The notes under the pieces: model-generated | What the model was told of the DNA's origin: nothing | The model's input: the letters and a program-made list of their open reading frames with translations, nothing else | The model's database searches: none | Shown: in pieces, positions 61,901 to 64,000 of the stretch | Layout: the number at the start of each line of letters is the position of its first letter | How positions within the stretch are numbered: the stretch's first letter is position 1 | Made by a program: the position numbers and the translations under genes | Assembly (NCBI GenBank): GCA_009914755.4 | Contig: CP086569.2 | Coordinates: forward strand, 9,888,001-9,952,000 | Source: the human T2T-CHM13v2.0 reference genome, Homo sapiens | Length of the DNA stretch: 64,000 nucleotides | Direction: 5' to 3'

Positions 61901-63633
61901 CTATTTTCTTCATGTACACATATTTTAGAGTGATTGAAATCACATATTTTATTTACTTACTCAACACTTGGTAGGATTTTAAATGTAATGTTTTCATTCA
62001 CTACAGTATTGTGAATAGGTTAAACCTTGTATAGTGTCGTCATTCTGTCTTTCATAAATTATTCAAGAATTCTGATGCTGTTTTTCTCCCACCTGAGGAG
62101 AACATGCAGATAGTTATAAAAAATTGTGTGAGTGGGTAGGTATGAATACATAATTTGAAAGCATAGTAAAGTTCACAAATTCAATTTCACATTTGTATTT
62201 TGCATCATTTTGAAATTTTTATTTGCTGACACATGAAATTCTGTATTGACTTTCATGTTAAATAGACACTTCTGAATCAATCTGAAGAATGAAAACAATC
62301 CAAGGCCAAGCATTAGTTCAGGAAGTAAGTAGAAAGCAGTTGTTATGTAGAAAAAGCATATTTATTGAAGGTATATTTAGAGATATTTTAGGAGGCTTAA
62401 GTCAATATTTTGTTTTTGTTGTTCTGGTGTTTTATCATACTGTGAGCAGACTGTAGCATCACTAGTTATAGTCACTAGGCTACCAAAGTCTCAGGGCTGC
62501 AGTAATTATTATTGAAGAAAGTGGCAGTGTGGTTGGCTGTTTAAGGAGACTAGAGGACTTAGGAGTTTGCGCTCAAGGCATAAGGGCCTGGTTTAGTGGG
62601 TGGCCTTCTTTTGCTGAAGTAGATAAGATCCAGGAGAAGTGTGAACTCACTGTAGTAGCTAGGGCTTTGAGACTATTGAAGCCTATATGTCTCCAACTGC
62701 CATTGCCAGATATTGGTCTGCACATAATGGCACTTCCTGGACTCACTGACTCCTGTAAATTCAAATGCAGAATTTGGATTTAAATCCCTGTTCCAACATC
62801 TTAAACTTACATCTAATAAATGGATAATAAAATATGTATTCAGAAGAAAGTGAGACATCAGATAAGTACACAAGAAAATCATCCTGATCAAATACATTCG
62901 AAAATATTACTACAAAAAAATCAGAGGATTAAGCCTTAAAAAGTTATTTAATTGGGGAAATAGGAAAAGGTTAGACTGTTTTCAACTTTGAGGTGTGAAG
63001 ATACTATTATTAGAATATGGGAATTATATATAATGTCTAATTTGTTTCAAGTGCAGCATGCTAGCTATTTAGTATGGCTAGAGATTAACAACCCATGTAA
63101 GAAAACTCAGAGATTAACAACAAATTTTTTTCAGAGATTTTTTTCTGTAATTAAAGACTTTTAAAATGGTTTCCTGTTGATCAATGATTCACTTAAATTT
63201 TTCATTTAAGCATATGCTGTATACCCTTTAACATAGGGACAAAGTTATATTTTCTATCATGTAGATAGAAAAAACATTTGACTGTGTACACATTTGCATT
63301 AGAGTCTTTGGCCTGGGTAATGAAGCAAACAATGGAACTGCCTATGTCAGGGTACAGGTGGGCACAGCTGGAAGCTTCCATCACTTGCACCTTTAACATT
63401 TCTAGAAACTCATCATTCTCTCCTAGGAAGAAAAATGGAGTATAACCATCCTAAGGAACATATGTTACATTTAAACACTAAGTATTGAGATAAAACCATG
63501 AACTGTCTTATCACTGTGTCATCATTACTTTAAACTTGTACGTATAACCTATACAAATAAATTCAGTTTATTTTGTCACCATTACCATTTTACATGATAT
63601 GTTTATGTATTTCATTCGCTTTCTAGTCCTTGA

Positions 63634-63925
63634 TTTTTTTGGGGGGTGGGGATGGTGTTTCACTCTGTCACTCATCTCGAGTGCAGTGGCCTGATCTCAC
63701 TGCAACCTCTGCCTCTTGGGTTCAAGCAATTCTCCTGACTCAGCCTCCTGGGTAACTGGGATTACAGGAACACACCACCACTCCTAGCTAATTTCATATT
63801 TTTAGTAGAGATGGGTTTTCCCTATGTTGGTCAGACTGGTCTCAAACTCCTGACTTCAGGTGATTCACTGGCCTCATCCTCCCAAAATACTGGAATTACA
63901 GGCATGAACCACCACACTAGCGCCC
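63634..63925 (-). mobile_element. Alu (antisense)
   Basis: tttttttggggggtggggatggtgtttcactctgtcactcatctcgagtgcagtggcctgatctcactgcaacctc...ggaattacaggcatgaaccaccacactagcgccc. Confidence 0.85.
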
Positions 63926-63926
63926 C

Positions 63927-64000
63927 CTTTTTTTGAGACAAGTTCTTGCGTGGTCACCCACGTAAAGTTGGAGTGCATTGCTACCATCTTCACACACTGC
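63927..64000 (-). mobile_element. Alu (antisense), truncated by window end
   Basis: cccctttttttgagacaagttcttgcgtggtcacccacgtaaagttggagtgcattgctaccatcttcacacactgc. Confidence 0.6.

Overview
This window is primate (human-like) nuclear DNA, not prokaryotic. It is densely packed with Alu (~30 copies), L1 and MaLR-LTR repeats and microsatellites. No intact host protein-coding gene is visible, and CRISPR, rRNA and tRNA features are absent.

Four structures stand out.

(1) A multi-exon RBMY-family gene copy lies on the minus strand at ~31.3-42.0 kb. It has 8 recognisable coding exons and a single SRGY-box exon, and carries several disabling lesions, so it is called a pseudogene.

(2) Three TSPY-related remnants are present. 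Two are arranged head-to-head as an inverted pair at 43.75-47.6 kb: a degenerate near-complete TSPY pseudogene on the plus strand, abutting a minus-strand promoter/exon-1 fragment. The third, at 60.95-61.9 kb, is a better-preserved minus-strand promoter plus exon 1 (156 open codons) that is truncated after exon 1. The regions flanking the two minus-strand fragments are a dispersed duplication that differs by a 4.08-kb block.

(3) A full-length L1PA element at 10.40-17.64 kb is nested inside an ancient L1M. Its 5'UTR carries a younger L1HS-like 3' insertion with a twin-priming 5' inversion, a 169-bp 3' transduction, and perfect 14-bp target-site duplications.

(4) A tandem triplet of MaLR LTR copies sits at 19.7-20.5 kb.

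RBMY and TSPY paralogs occurring together point to a male-specific Y-chromosome location (inference). All coordinates and homologies were read by eye from the sequence, and all family and subfamily assignments rest on recalled consensus and protein sequences rather than database searches.
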